Of a stretch of 64,000 nt of DNA, positions 9,199-17,647 are shown in pieces. The position numbers and the translations under genes are program-made. Below the pieces are notes generated by a model. It made no database searches. It saw nothing but the letters and a program-made list of their open reading frames with translations, and had not been told where the DNA came from. Location: assembly GCA_002746305.1 (NCBI GenBank), contig NVWV01000005.1, positions 205,126-269,125 of the forward strand. The letters are read 5' to 3'. Within the stretch, counting starts at the first letter, position 1. Each line of letters starts with the position of its first letter. The stretch is from Bacteroidota bacterium. GTDB taxonomy: Bacteria > Bacteroidota > Bacteroidia > NS11-12g > UBA9320.

Positions 9199-11151
9199 TT
9201 GTTTGCACCAAACATTGTGATTATCCGTAAAATCCTCACCATATCTATTTGTTTTTTACTTTTTGAAAGTAGAGCAGATATTAATTACGATAGTCTAATT
9301 CGAATTTCGGATTCTACTCATGTAAAGATGAAGTTGTATAGCGAATGGGTTAATTCAATCGCAGACTTAGATGCCGAACTCCAAGACCAAATAATCACAC
9401 AATTCATAATTGCTGCTGAACGTGAGGGAAGTGAATTTGATATTTACAATGCATATGCGTCAAAAGTATATCGGTATCGGTTGTTTGCTGAGTATGAAAA
9501 AAATCTTGTTTTAATTGAGCGAATAGAGGAAATGCCGTATTATCAAAAGCACATTGAAGCACAATTTTACATGCAAACCCAAAATGCTCTTACGCTTCAT
9601 AGAATGGGCAACTATGATGGAGCAATCGAATTATATACTCGTGTTCTAAAAAAGGTGAGAAATAGCAAGAAGGCCCAAAAGTGGAAGACCTTTAGATTAG
9701 GTAAAGTTTTAAGGATGATTGGTGAAGTATATGAAAGCCAGAAAAGGTATGATAAAGCTATAAACTATTTTAGAAAGTCTATTATATTAATGTCTCAAAT
9801 GGACTTTGACCCTGGGGTTTATAACAACTATAAAGAGCTTTCGTCGGTATATGCTAAGAAAGGGTGGTGTGATTCTGCATTGATATTTGCTAGGTTATCA
9901 GATAGCTTCTTTTACGCTAGAGGTAATTTGTTCTTTGCAGCTTCTTCAGAAAGAAATAAGGCAGCAGCGTATGGATGTCTTAATGATTTTGAGAATCAAT
10001 ATTTCAATTTAATATCAGCTCTTGATAAGGTGGAAAAAACGAAGTATAGAAGCCTTGAATTTTCTGTTTTACTAGATATAGCGATTTATTATTATGATCA
10101 AAAGCAATCTAGTAGTTCATTTAATTTTTTAGACTCGGCAGAAGCATTGTTAATTAGAGCTCCACAATCAGAGCGGTTACGTTTTTTTAATTTTTCGTAT
10201 CAAATTAATAAAGAAGAGCGGAGGTGGACTAAATCCTATGAAGCGAAGGCTAAGTATCAGGAGGTAAAAAATGAAATATATGATACGAGGACTTTAGCAA
10301 ATTTGGCCTTCTTGAGTATAAAATCAAATAACTTATTAGAAGACAAGGACTTAAGATTAATGCAAGATGCAAATCAACTAGAAATATTAAAAGTTGAAAA
10401 TTCTAAGTTTAATCAAAAAATACTCATAGTTAGCTTAATAGTTCTTGGTACATTAATAATAGCCTTGATTACTTTGTTTTTTATTATTAGAAATAACATA
10501 AAGAATAAAAAGGAGTACAATGAGCTTCTGGGTTTTACAAATGCAAAAACGTCTGAACTTCTGCAGCAGAAGGAGCAATTGCTAAGAGAGATACATCATC
10601 GAGTAAAGAACAATCTGCAGATAATAATTAGTGTCCTCAACCTGCACAAATCTGAGCAAACGGACAAAGCTAGGGTGTTGGAAAGTTGTAGGAGTCAGAT
10701 TCAAACGATGGCCTTAATTCATGAGGAAATATATAAATCTGAGGATTTAAAGAGCATTAGCTTTCATAAGTATATGAATGAAATGGTTAGATACTTTTTA
10801 AAGGCGAACTCAACAAACAAGGATTTGAAGATTAATCTTAAGCTGGATGAGTTCGAACTTGATTTGGATACTATAATTCCTACAGGGTTAATAGTCAATG
10901 AACTCTTTAGCCTCTTTATTAACGAGGATGGGCAATTTCAGAATATTGTATTGACAGCTAGGAAGAATGAGGATTTATACGTTTTTACAATTGAAGATTC
11001 AAATCCAAAGAAATTATCAAGTAAAGAAGATTTACGAGTAAGAATAGTAGAAAAGCTAGTAACAAAGCAACTCAGAGGTGATATCCATTTTGAGTACATC
11101 AATAGGATGATAAAAACTGTGAAGTTTAATTTTAGAATAACGTGCAAATGA
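9199..11151 (+). CDS. Sensor histidine kinase: signal/TM, extracytoplasmic TPR-repeat region, TM helix, HisKA_2 + HATPase_c
   Basis: TPR-like repeats are present (GNYDGAIELYTRVL, YDKAINYFRKSI). The TM segment is ILIVSLIVLGTLIIALITLFFII. The H-box EIHHRVKNNLQIIISVLNL is the HisKA_2 signature, followed by an ATPase region. The exact start codon is uncertain. Confidence 0.65.
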   Translation: MFAPNIVIIRKILTISICFLLFESRADINYDSLIRISDSTHVKMKLYSEWVNSIADLDAELQDQIITQFIIAAEREGSEFDIYNAYASKVYRYRLFAEYEKNLVLIERIEEMPYYQKHIEAQFYMQTQNALTLHRMGNYDGAIELYTRVLKKVRNSKKAQKWKTFRLGKVLRMIGEVYESQKRYDKAINYFRKSIILMSQMDFDPGVYNNYKELSSVYAKKGWCDSALIFARLSDSFFYARGNLFFAASSERNKAAAYGCLNDFENQYFNLISALDKVEKTKYRSLEFSVLLDIAIYYYDQKQSSSSFNFLDSAEALLIRAPQSERLRFFNFSYQINKEERRWTKSYEAKAKYQEVKNEIYDTRTLANLAFLSIKSNNLLEDKDLRLMQDANQLEILKVENSKFNQKILIVSLIVLGTLIIALITLFFIIRNNIKNKKEYNELLGFTNAKTSELLQQKEQLLREIHHRVKNNLQIIISVLNLHKSEQTDKARVLESCRSQIQTMALIHEEIYKSEDLKSISFHKYMNEMVRYFLKANSTNKDLKINLKLDEFELDLDTIIPTGLIVNELFSLFINEDGQFQNIVLTARKNEDLYVFTIEDSNPKKLSSKEDLRVRIVEKLVTKQLRGDIHFEYINRMIKTVKFNFRITCK

Positions 11152-13085
11152 GATTTTTAGCAATCATTTTACTTTTTACCGTGTCAGTATGCTATGCTGA
11201 TGAGGCTGATAAGTTATATGATTTGGCTCAGTCTGAGGTGGAAACTGCCGCAAAGATTGAATTACTCAAAAAGGCTTATAGGATTAAGAAATATAGCAAT
11301 TTGCAAACTGCATTGTCATGGAACAAAGAAGCTCTTGTACTTGCTCGAGAAAATGGTGTAGACTCGTTATTGGGATATGTTTTAAATGATATGGGAATTA
11401 TTTATGGAGTACTAGGAGAAGTGGATAGTACCTTGAAGTACTACAAAGAGTCTAGAGATGTTCATTCGTCGTATGGATCAAATATCATGGTGGCTGTCTG
11501 TAATTCGAATATTGGCTTGGTCTATTCTGCTAAGGGACAGTTTTCTTTGGCAATAGAAAGTTACGACAAGGCTATTGCTACTTTTAGGAAGCATAATGGT
11601 CAGAAATATCTTTCTGGGGCCTATAGAAGTCTAGGTAATCTGTACAAGAAGTACAAGTTGTTTGATAAAGCACAAGAAAGTTTAAATAGCTCTTTGGCTC
11701 TTGCTATACAAATGAATCTCAAAAAGGAAACGGCATTGGCTCATTATTCTTTGGCATCATTATATGAACAGACAAATGATTGTACAAGAAGTTTAAGTGA
11801 AGGACTTGCGGCAAATGCTATTTTTAAGGAGTTAAATCAGCCCCGAAGCATTGCTCGATGTGATAGAAATATTGGCCATTCTTATGTGTGTGCTTTTGAT
11901 TATAATAAAGCGTTGAGATACTATAACAAGGCATTGGATTATTTTAAAAAAGGAAGAAAAAGGCCATATTATCATCTGCTAATTGCAATTGGAGAGGTTC
12001 ATTTTAAACAGGAAAATTATAAGCTTGCTCAAGACTTTATTCACCGTGGTCTAGAACCATTAGATTCTTCAGTTCTTAATAATTCCAATCAGCAGCTAGC
12101 CAATTATATATTGGGTGAGATAGCTTTAAAGTTGGGAGACTATGAAGATGCATTAAAATATCAAAGCACTTACAATGAATTGAGGCAGCGAGAAAATGAG
12201 AAAAGAATGCAGAATGCAATTTTGACTAAGTCTCAGATGCTAGAGAGAGAAGAACAATTGGAAAATCTGCAAATTCTCAAAAAGGAAAGAGAAATTAGAA
12301 TTGAAGAACTCGATAAGCTAGATGGGAAGAACAAGGCTCTTAAAAGAACTGGACTGGGAGTTTTCTTTCTGTTGGTTATCTTTAGTGCTGTCTTATGGAT
12401 AAATAAACAAGGTTCAATTCGAGCAGAACGGTACGGCAAAGAGTTATTAGTTGTTAGTGATGACCTGAAAAAGTCATTAGACGAGAAGGATTCTCTACTA
12501 CGCGAAATACATCATAGGGTAAAGAACAACCTTCAATTGATATCTAGTATCCTGAGTTTAGAACAAGGATTAGGAAAGACTAAAACAGTTAATCAAATCA
12601 TTGAAGATAGTAGTGCTAAGATAAAATCAATGGCCCTAATTCATGAGCTTTTTTACAGCAACAAGAATGAAGAGGAGGTAAATATTGCTGAATACACAAA
12701 CAAATTAGCAATGTTAATACTTGATTCTTATGGTGACACTCGTTCAATTAAGATTCATCAGGATTGTGATAATGTTTTCATCTCAATTGAGAGAGTTACG
12801 ACTCTTGGGCTGGTAATTAATGAATGTTTGTCAAATTCTATAAAATATGCTTTTACTAAAGAGGGAATCATAAATTTGATGATACGAGAAGAAAACGGGA
12901 ATGTAAAGATTGTGATATCTGATAATGGTAGAGGCTTACCAATAGATTTTGATCTTACTACCGTTAAGTCTTTGGGATTAAAATTAATTAGACGACTAAC
13001 AGAAAAACAGTTGCAAGGAAAATATACTATTGAAAATATGGAGTCTGGAGGTGTAAGGAACATAATAATATTTAGTAAAACATGA
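11142..13085 (+). CDS. Second paralogous TPR-containing HisKA_2 sensor histidine kinase
   Basis: Signal peptide MQMRFLAIILLFTVSVCYA. Multiple TPR repeats, a coiled-coil, TM GLGVFFLLVIFSAVLWI, and H-box EIHHRVKNNLQLISSILSL. An HATPase_c region follows (ISDNGRGLP). It overlaps the upstream kinase gene by 10 nt and the downstream regulator by 4 nt (operon). Confidence 0.65.
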   Translation: MQMRFLAIILLFTVSVCYADEADKLYDLAQSEVETAAKIELLKKAYRIKKYSNLQTALSWNKEALVLARENGVDSLLGYVLNDMGIIYGVLGEVDSTLKYYKESRDVHSSYGSNIMVAVCNSNIGLVYSAKGQFSLAIESYDKAIATFRKHNGQKYLSGAYRSLGNLYKKYKLFDKAQESLNSSLALAIQMNLKKETALAHYSLASLYEQTNDCTRSLSEGLAANAIFKELNQPRSIARCDRNIGHSYVCAFDYNKALRYYNKALDYFKKGRKRPYYHLLIAIGEVHFKQENYKLAQDFIHRGLEPLDSSVLNNSNQQLANYILGEIALKLGDYEDALKYQSTYNELRQRENEKRMQNAILTKSQMLEREEQLENLQILKKEREIRIEELDKLDGKNKALKRTGLGVFFLLVIFSAVLWINKQGSIRAERYGKELLVVSDDLKKSLDEKDSLLREIHHRVKNNLQLISSILSLEQGLGKTKTVNQIIEDSSAKIKSMALIHELFYSNKNEEEVNIAEYTNKLAMLILDSYGDTRSIKIHQDCDNVFISIERVTTLGLVINECLSNSIKYAFTKEGIINLMIREENGNVKIVISDNGRGLPIDFDLTTVKSLGLKLIRRLTEKQLQGKYTIENMESGGVRNIIIFSKT

Positions 13086-14032
13086 GAAAAATCCAAATAG
13101 TTGAGGATGAGGTCGCAATTGCAATGGATTTAGAAATGAATCTGGATATGTTGGGTTATGAGGTGAGCGGTCATGCAGTATCTTATGAAGAGGCATTGGA
13201 ATTGTATCGAACCAATAAACCGGATTTGGTATTGATGGATATTAATCTTTTTGGAGATAAAACTGGAATTGATGTAGCCAATTGGATTAAGGAAAATGGG
13301 AATACCCCAGTGGTGTTTTTAACTGCATTTAATGATGCTACTACTTTTAATAATGCCATAAATACGGAACCATATGGATACATAATAAAGCCATTTACAG
13401 CTGATGATTTAAGAATTCATATTGAAATAGCTCTAAAGAGATCAGAAAGTTTACTAGATGCTAGAGCATACTTTCAAGCAATTTTTGCAAATGCTACACA
13501 GGGTATTGTAATTTTTGCAAATGGGAAGAAGGTGTATTCAAATACTGTTTTTGACAAGTTTGAATTTAATTTTCAGGAATTGGCCGGATTAGATGTCGGA
13601 GTACGTGATATTACCATAGAGGGAAACAATCATCTAGTCGAGGTTCTTGAAGCTAGGTTAGATAAGGTTTATTCTATTGTAAGCTTTGGAAGGCATAATG
13701 ACTCTGAGTGGTCTGAAAACATCGAAGAGAAATTTCTGTTCGTGAAAGATAGGGGTGAGTATCACAGAATTGTATTTTCAGACATATTTTGGTTAGAAGC
13801 TTTGGATAATTACACGAATATTTATACGTGTACTAGTAAGTTCACCATACATGGTTATTTAAGCGACTTTGAATCTCGGTTAGATGATTCTTTTGTAAGA
13901 GTTCACAGGTCACACATATTGGCTGTTAACAGGGTTGATAGAATAGAAGGGCATACAGCAATATGTGGTGATTTACAAATTCCCATAAGCCGAACAAGGA
14001 AGGAGGTCTTAGTGGGGCTTTTAAAGAGTTAA
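13082..14032 (+). CDS. Two-component response regulator, REC receiver + LytTR DNA-binding domain
   Basis: The N-terminal REC domain (VEDEVAIAMDLEMNL…DLVLMDINL…) has a conserved Asp pocket. The C-terminal LytTR pattern is FLFVKDRGEYHRIVFSDIFWLEALDNYTNIYT…FVRVHRSHILAVNRV. Confidence 0.7.
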   Translation: MRKIQIVEDEVAIAMDLEMNLDMLGYEVSGHAVSYEEALELYRTNKPDLVLMDINLFGDKTGIDVANWIKENGNTPVVFLTAFNDATTFNNAINTEPYGYIIKPFTADDLRIHIEIALKRSESLLDARAYFQAIFANATQGIVIFANGKKVYSNTVFDKFEFNFQELAGLDVGVRDITIEGNNHLVEVLEARLDKVYSIVSFGRHNDSEWSENIEEKFLFVKDRGEYHRIVFSDIFWLEALDNYTNIYTCTSKFTIHGYLSDFESRLDDSFVRVHRSHILAVNRVDRIEGHTAICGDLQIPISRTRKEVLVGLLKS

Positions 14033-14033
14033 A

Positions 14034-14441
14034 ATGGATTATAAAAGACTAAATAATGTGGTTCTTTTTGATGGTGTGTGTAATTTATGCAATCGGTCCG
14101 TGGACTTGCTTATTCGTAAGGAAAAGGGCAATGAACTGTTATTCGCGTCTTTACAATCAGAGGTAGGAAGAGTGTTAATAGAACAATCTGGTTTGAATGA
14201 TGTCCCAGATAGCATCTTGTTCTATAGTGATGGAGAATTATATGCCCGTTCGGAAGCGGTTATGAAGGCCGCTGTATTTTTAAGAAGACCCTATAAATGG
14301 ATTGGTATTTTCTCAATCGTACCAGTTCCAATACGTGACTACATCTATAATTTAATAGCAAGAAATAGGTACAGCTGGTTTGGTAAGAAAGAGACGTGTC
14401 GTGTGCCAACTGAGGCTGAAAGAAAGAAAATATTAGGCTAG
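14034..14441 (+). CDS. DCC-family thiol-disulfide oxidoreductase (DUF393)
   Basis: VVLFDGVCNLCNRSVDLLIRKEK is the DxxCxxC signature of the DCC1-like family. Size is ~135 aa. Confidence 0.6.
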   Translation: MDYKRLNNVVLFDGVCNLCNRSVDLLIRKEKGNELLFASLQSEVGRVLIEQSGLNDVPDSILFYSDGELYARSEAVMKAAVFLRRPYKWIGIFSIVPVPIRDYIYNLIARNRYSWFGKKETCRVPTEAERKKILG

Positions 14442-15464
14442 CTTATTAGCTAATTGACCACAAGCCGCGTCGATGTCTTTGCCTCTACTTTTACGTATAT
14501 TTACAATAACTCTGTTCTTTTCAAGATAGTCGGCAAACCGTTGTATTTTTTCTGCTGAACTGGATATGAATTCAGCTAAGTCAATTGGGTTATATTCTAT
14601 GAGATTTACTTTGCATTTTATCCTACGGCAAAAGGCTACTAATTCTTCGGCTTCGAATGGATTATCGTTTATATCATTTATTACACAGTATTCTAATGTC
14701 ACTCGTGTTCCCGTCTTTTCATAAAAGTAATTAAGTGCTTCTACCAAATCATCTAGCGAATTACTATCAGTAATAGGCATAATCTTACTTCTTTGTTCAT
14801 TGTTTGCAGAGTGCAATGAGAGAGCAAGGTTAAATCGTACCCCATCATCACCCAGTTTTTTGATCATTTTAGCAATCCCTGCTGTTGAAAGAGTAATTCT
14901 TTGTGGAGACATGGCTAATCCATCGGGAGCTGTAATTCGTTCAATTCCATTCAGCACATTGCTATAATTTAACAAAGGCTCACCCATTCCCATTAAGACA
15001 ATGTTACTAAGGTTTATACCATACTCTTTGGCTGCTTCTTCTCGAAGTATTGATACCTGATCGTATATTTCATCTGACCGTAGGTTTCTTTCTCTTTTGA
15101 GAAAACCAGTAGCACAAAAAGTGCAACTAAGACTACACCCAACTTGTGAAGAGATACAGGCGGTGACTCTGTCGCTAGTTGGAATCAGAACACCTTCTAC
15201 TAGAAATCCATCATCCAATCTAAAAGCGTATTTAATGGTACCATCAGAGCTCTTTTGAGAATTTGCAATGGTCATTGTAGGAAAGGAAAATTCAGAGGCT
15301 AGTGTGGCTCTAAAATCCTTTGAGAGGTTTGTCATATCATCAAAAGATCGAGCACCTTTTTGCCATAACCACTCCCAAAGCTGGTTAGCTCTGAACTTTT
15401 GTTGACCCAGTGCTTCGCATAAGGTTATCAGCTCATTTTTACTAAAAGACCGGATATTTTTCAC
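14433..15464 (-). CDS. rlmN: 23S rRNA (adenine2503-C2)/tRNA methyltransferase RlmN, radical SAM
   Basis: The Cx3Cx2C radical-SAM cluster is GCSLSCTFCATG. The conserved RlmN N-terminal region is FRANQLWEWLWQKGARSFDDMTNLSK, and MGMGEPLLN is present. Length is 343 aa. Confidence 0.8.
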   Translation of the reverse strand: MKNIRSFSKNELITLCEALGQQKFRANQLWEWLWQKGARSFDDMTNLSKDFRATLASEFSFPTMTIANSQKSSDGTIKYAFRLDDGFLVEGVLIPTSDRVTACISSQVGCSLSCTFCATGFLKRERNLRSDEIYDQVSILREEAAKEYGINLSNIVLMGMGEPLLNYSNVLNGIERITAPDGLAMSPQRITLSTAGIAKMIKKLGDDGVRFNLALSLHSANNEQRSKIMPITDSNSLDDLVEALNYFYEKTGTRVTLEYCVINDINDNPFEAEELVAFCRRIKCKVNLIEYNPIDLAEFISSSAEKIQRFADYLEKNRVIVNIRKSRGKDIDAACGQLANKLA

Positions 15465-15492
15465 AAATACAAAGGTAGGTCCTAATTATTTG

Positions 15493-15531
15493 GCAAAAAA
15501 AAGCCTCTCCCGATAATTATCAGGAGAGGCT
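15493..15531 (-). terminator. Rho-independent terminator for the lipoprotein gene (stem GCCTCTCC/GGAGAGGC, loop CGATAATTATCA, followed by U-run on minus strand)
   Basis: Read directly: an 8-9 bp GC-rich inverted repeat at 15503..15530, adjacent to A8 on the plus strand (T8 on minus). It lies just downstream of the minus-strand stop at 15558. Confidence 0.55.
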
Positions 15532-15557
15532 TTAATATTTTATTAGGTTACTAGAAA

Positions 15558-16391
15558 TTACTCTACCAAGTTACCTAAAGATGCGTTAACAAATTCGTAC
15601 TTAGTACCAACTTTGTTATACATTACTACACCAATGGTAAGGTGACTTTCGTCCCAGTCAGAGTCAATATCTAAAGTAGCTTCACCTGAAACAGTTGAAC
15701 CTACATTAAGACCATCAATAGAAGAACCGTATCCTTTACCACCAGTAGCTTCTGCTCTTAATACAAATTTGTGAAGAGCACCATTACCTTCAGAATGACC
15801 GGATTGGTATCCTTTAACTTTATTCTCTAGAACATATATAGCCAAGTATGGAGCATCTACAGCAGAATATGCTTGAGATAAATACTTCATGTTGATTTTA
15901 CCATCCACTATTTCGTAGTTAAGAGTAGTATTAGCTACAACATCTGCAGCTTTATGATCATTAACTCTTTGATAAATTTCATCCTTTTCTGCTGTAGTAT
16001 TTACACCAGAACCACGATCAATACTAGTTACACTACCATTAGCCCCAAAGTGAGGGTATCCCGTAGCACCCCAAGCATTTTGAAGTGTAGTTGCTTCAGA
16101 AATGATGTAGTTTTCGGCAACGAAATTCTGTCCATAAGCAGTCATAGCAACGGCTTCACCTTCAACAGCATCAACTAGTTCTGCCATCATAGCCCATCCC
16201 CAAGTTCCACAAGGAGGACAATTAGTACCACTATATTTTACTACGAGTGATTTGTTTTCTTTAGTTACAGCAGTAACCGCAAGTTTGTCTGTAGATCCAC
16301 CTCCATTATCTGGATCTGTAGTTGTGTCATCTGGTCCGCAACCAAATAGAAACATTGAAGCTACTAAGCTAAGTACAAAGATTTTTTTCAT
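15558..16391 (-). CDS. Lipoprotein of unknown function with a CPPC motif
   Basis: The likely true start is MKKIFVLSLVASMFLFGC (lipobox LFGC) at 16391, not the upstream Met of the track ORF. An internal NCPPCGTWGW motif is present. Glycine-rich; no confident family assignment. Confidence 0.45.
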   Translation of the reverse strand: MKKIFVLSLVASMFLFGCGPDDTTTDPDNGGGSTDKLAVTAVTKENKSLVVKYSGTNCPPCGTWGWAMMAELVDAVEGEAVAMTAYGQNFVAENYIISEATTLQNAWGATGYPHFGANGSVTSIDRGSGVNTTAEKDEIYQRVNDHKAADVVANTTLNYEIVDGKINMKYLSQAYSAVDAPYLAIYVLENKVKGYQSGHSEGNGALHKFVLRAEATGGKGYGSSIDGLNVGSTVSGEATLDIDSDWDESHLTIGVVMYNKVGTKYEFVNASLGNLVE

Positions 16392-16474
16392 TTTATTGTT
16401 AATTTTAAATATTTTTAGGAATCCAAAGATACTCAATTTTATCTATTGGATTTAAAATCATGAAATTATGACAA

Positions 16475-17629
16475 TTAGTAGTCAATATTACCTATACTAA
16501 GTTTTTTGGTAGTGCTTGCTTCGCACCTTCCTATGACCTTAGCATCAATATTGAATTGGGAAGCAATATCAATAAGTAAATCTGCCGAATTTCTATTACA
16601 GTAGATTTCTAAACGGTGTCCCATGTTAAAGACTTCGTACATTTCTTTCCACGATGTTTCCGTTGTTTCTTGGATGGTCTTGAACAATGGAGGAGTTTCT
16701 AGTAATGAGTCTTTGATAATGTGCAATGGCTTGTCTAAAAATTTCATTACCTTGGTTTGAGCACCTCCTGTGCAATGAATTATTCCGTGAATAGAGTCAA
16801 GCAGCTCTTTATTTCCTACAATCTTATTAAGTATTGGAGCGTAAGTACGTGTAGGGGATAAAAGTGCCTTTCCTATATCTAAGGGTGTCCCAACTAATTT
16901 ATCGGTGAGTTTAAATTTACCAGAGTAAATATATTCTTCATCTGTATTGATGTCATAGGTTTCGCTATACTTAGAGTGATAAATATGTGAAAGTAAATCA
17001 TGACGTCCAGAAGTGAGTCCATTAGAACCTATTCCTGAGTTGTATTCTGACTCATAGGTTGCTTGTCCGTATGAAGCGAAGCCTACAATAACATCATCCT
17101 CTTGAATATCCACTTCTTTAATCTCAGCTCTGGTTGGTCTACAAGCAACTGTACTGTCTACTATGAGTGTTTTTACCAAGTCTCCTACATCCGCAGTTTC
17201 ACCTCCAGTAAACTTAATTTTAACACCATAAGATGACATAGTATGAATGCATTCTTCAAAACCATCAATAATCTCCTTTATTACAGCACCTGGAATTAAG
17301 TGTTTATTTCTACCTATTGTATTCGAAAGTAGAAATGGACCAGTGGCACCAGTACATATAATGTCGTCAAGATTCATTACTAGGGCATCCTGAGCTATAC
17401 CTCTCCATACAGAAATATCTCCTGTTTCTTTCCAATAAAGGTATGCAAGCGAAGATTTAGTGCCTGCACCATCTGCATGAACAATGTTACAATAAGCATC
17501 ATCGCCAGCTATGTAATCTTCAACTACTTTACAAAAGGCATTCGGAAAAATTCCTTTGTCTATATTAGATATTGCTTTATGAACGTCCTCTTTTTGTGAC
17601 GAAACCCCTCTTTTCTCGTATCTACTCAA
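16475..17629 (-). CDS. AIR synthase-related (PurM-like fold) protein
   Basis: The N-terminal region (VHADGAGTKSSLAYLYW…DALVMNLDDIICTGA) resembles the PurM N-domain nucleotide-binding motif. At ~384 aa it is typical of AIR-synthase-related proteins in Bacteroidota. Confidence 0.45.
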   Translation of the reverse strand: MSRYEKRGVSSQKEDVHKAISNIDKGIFPNAFCKVVEDYIAGDDAYCNIVHADGAGTKSSLAYLYWKETGDISVWRGIAQDALVMNLDDIICTGATGPFLLSNTIGRNKHLIPGAVIKEIIDGFEECIHTMSSYGVKIKFTGGETADVGDLVKTLIVDSTVACRPTRAEIKEVDIQEDDVIVGFASYGQATYESEYNSGIGSNGLTSGRHDLLSHIYHSKYSETYDINTDEEYIYSGKFKLTDKLVGTPLDIGKALLSPTRTYAPILNKIVGNKELLDSIHGIIHCTGGAQTKVMKFLDKPLHIIKDSLLETPPLFKTIQETTETSWKEMYEVFNMGHRLEIYCNRNSADLLIDIASQFNIDAKVIGRCEASTTKKLSIGNIDY

Positions 17630-17647
17630 ACCTGATAATATTGTATT

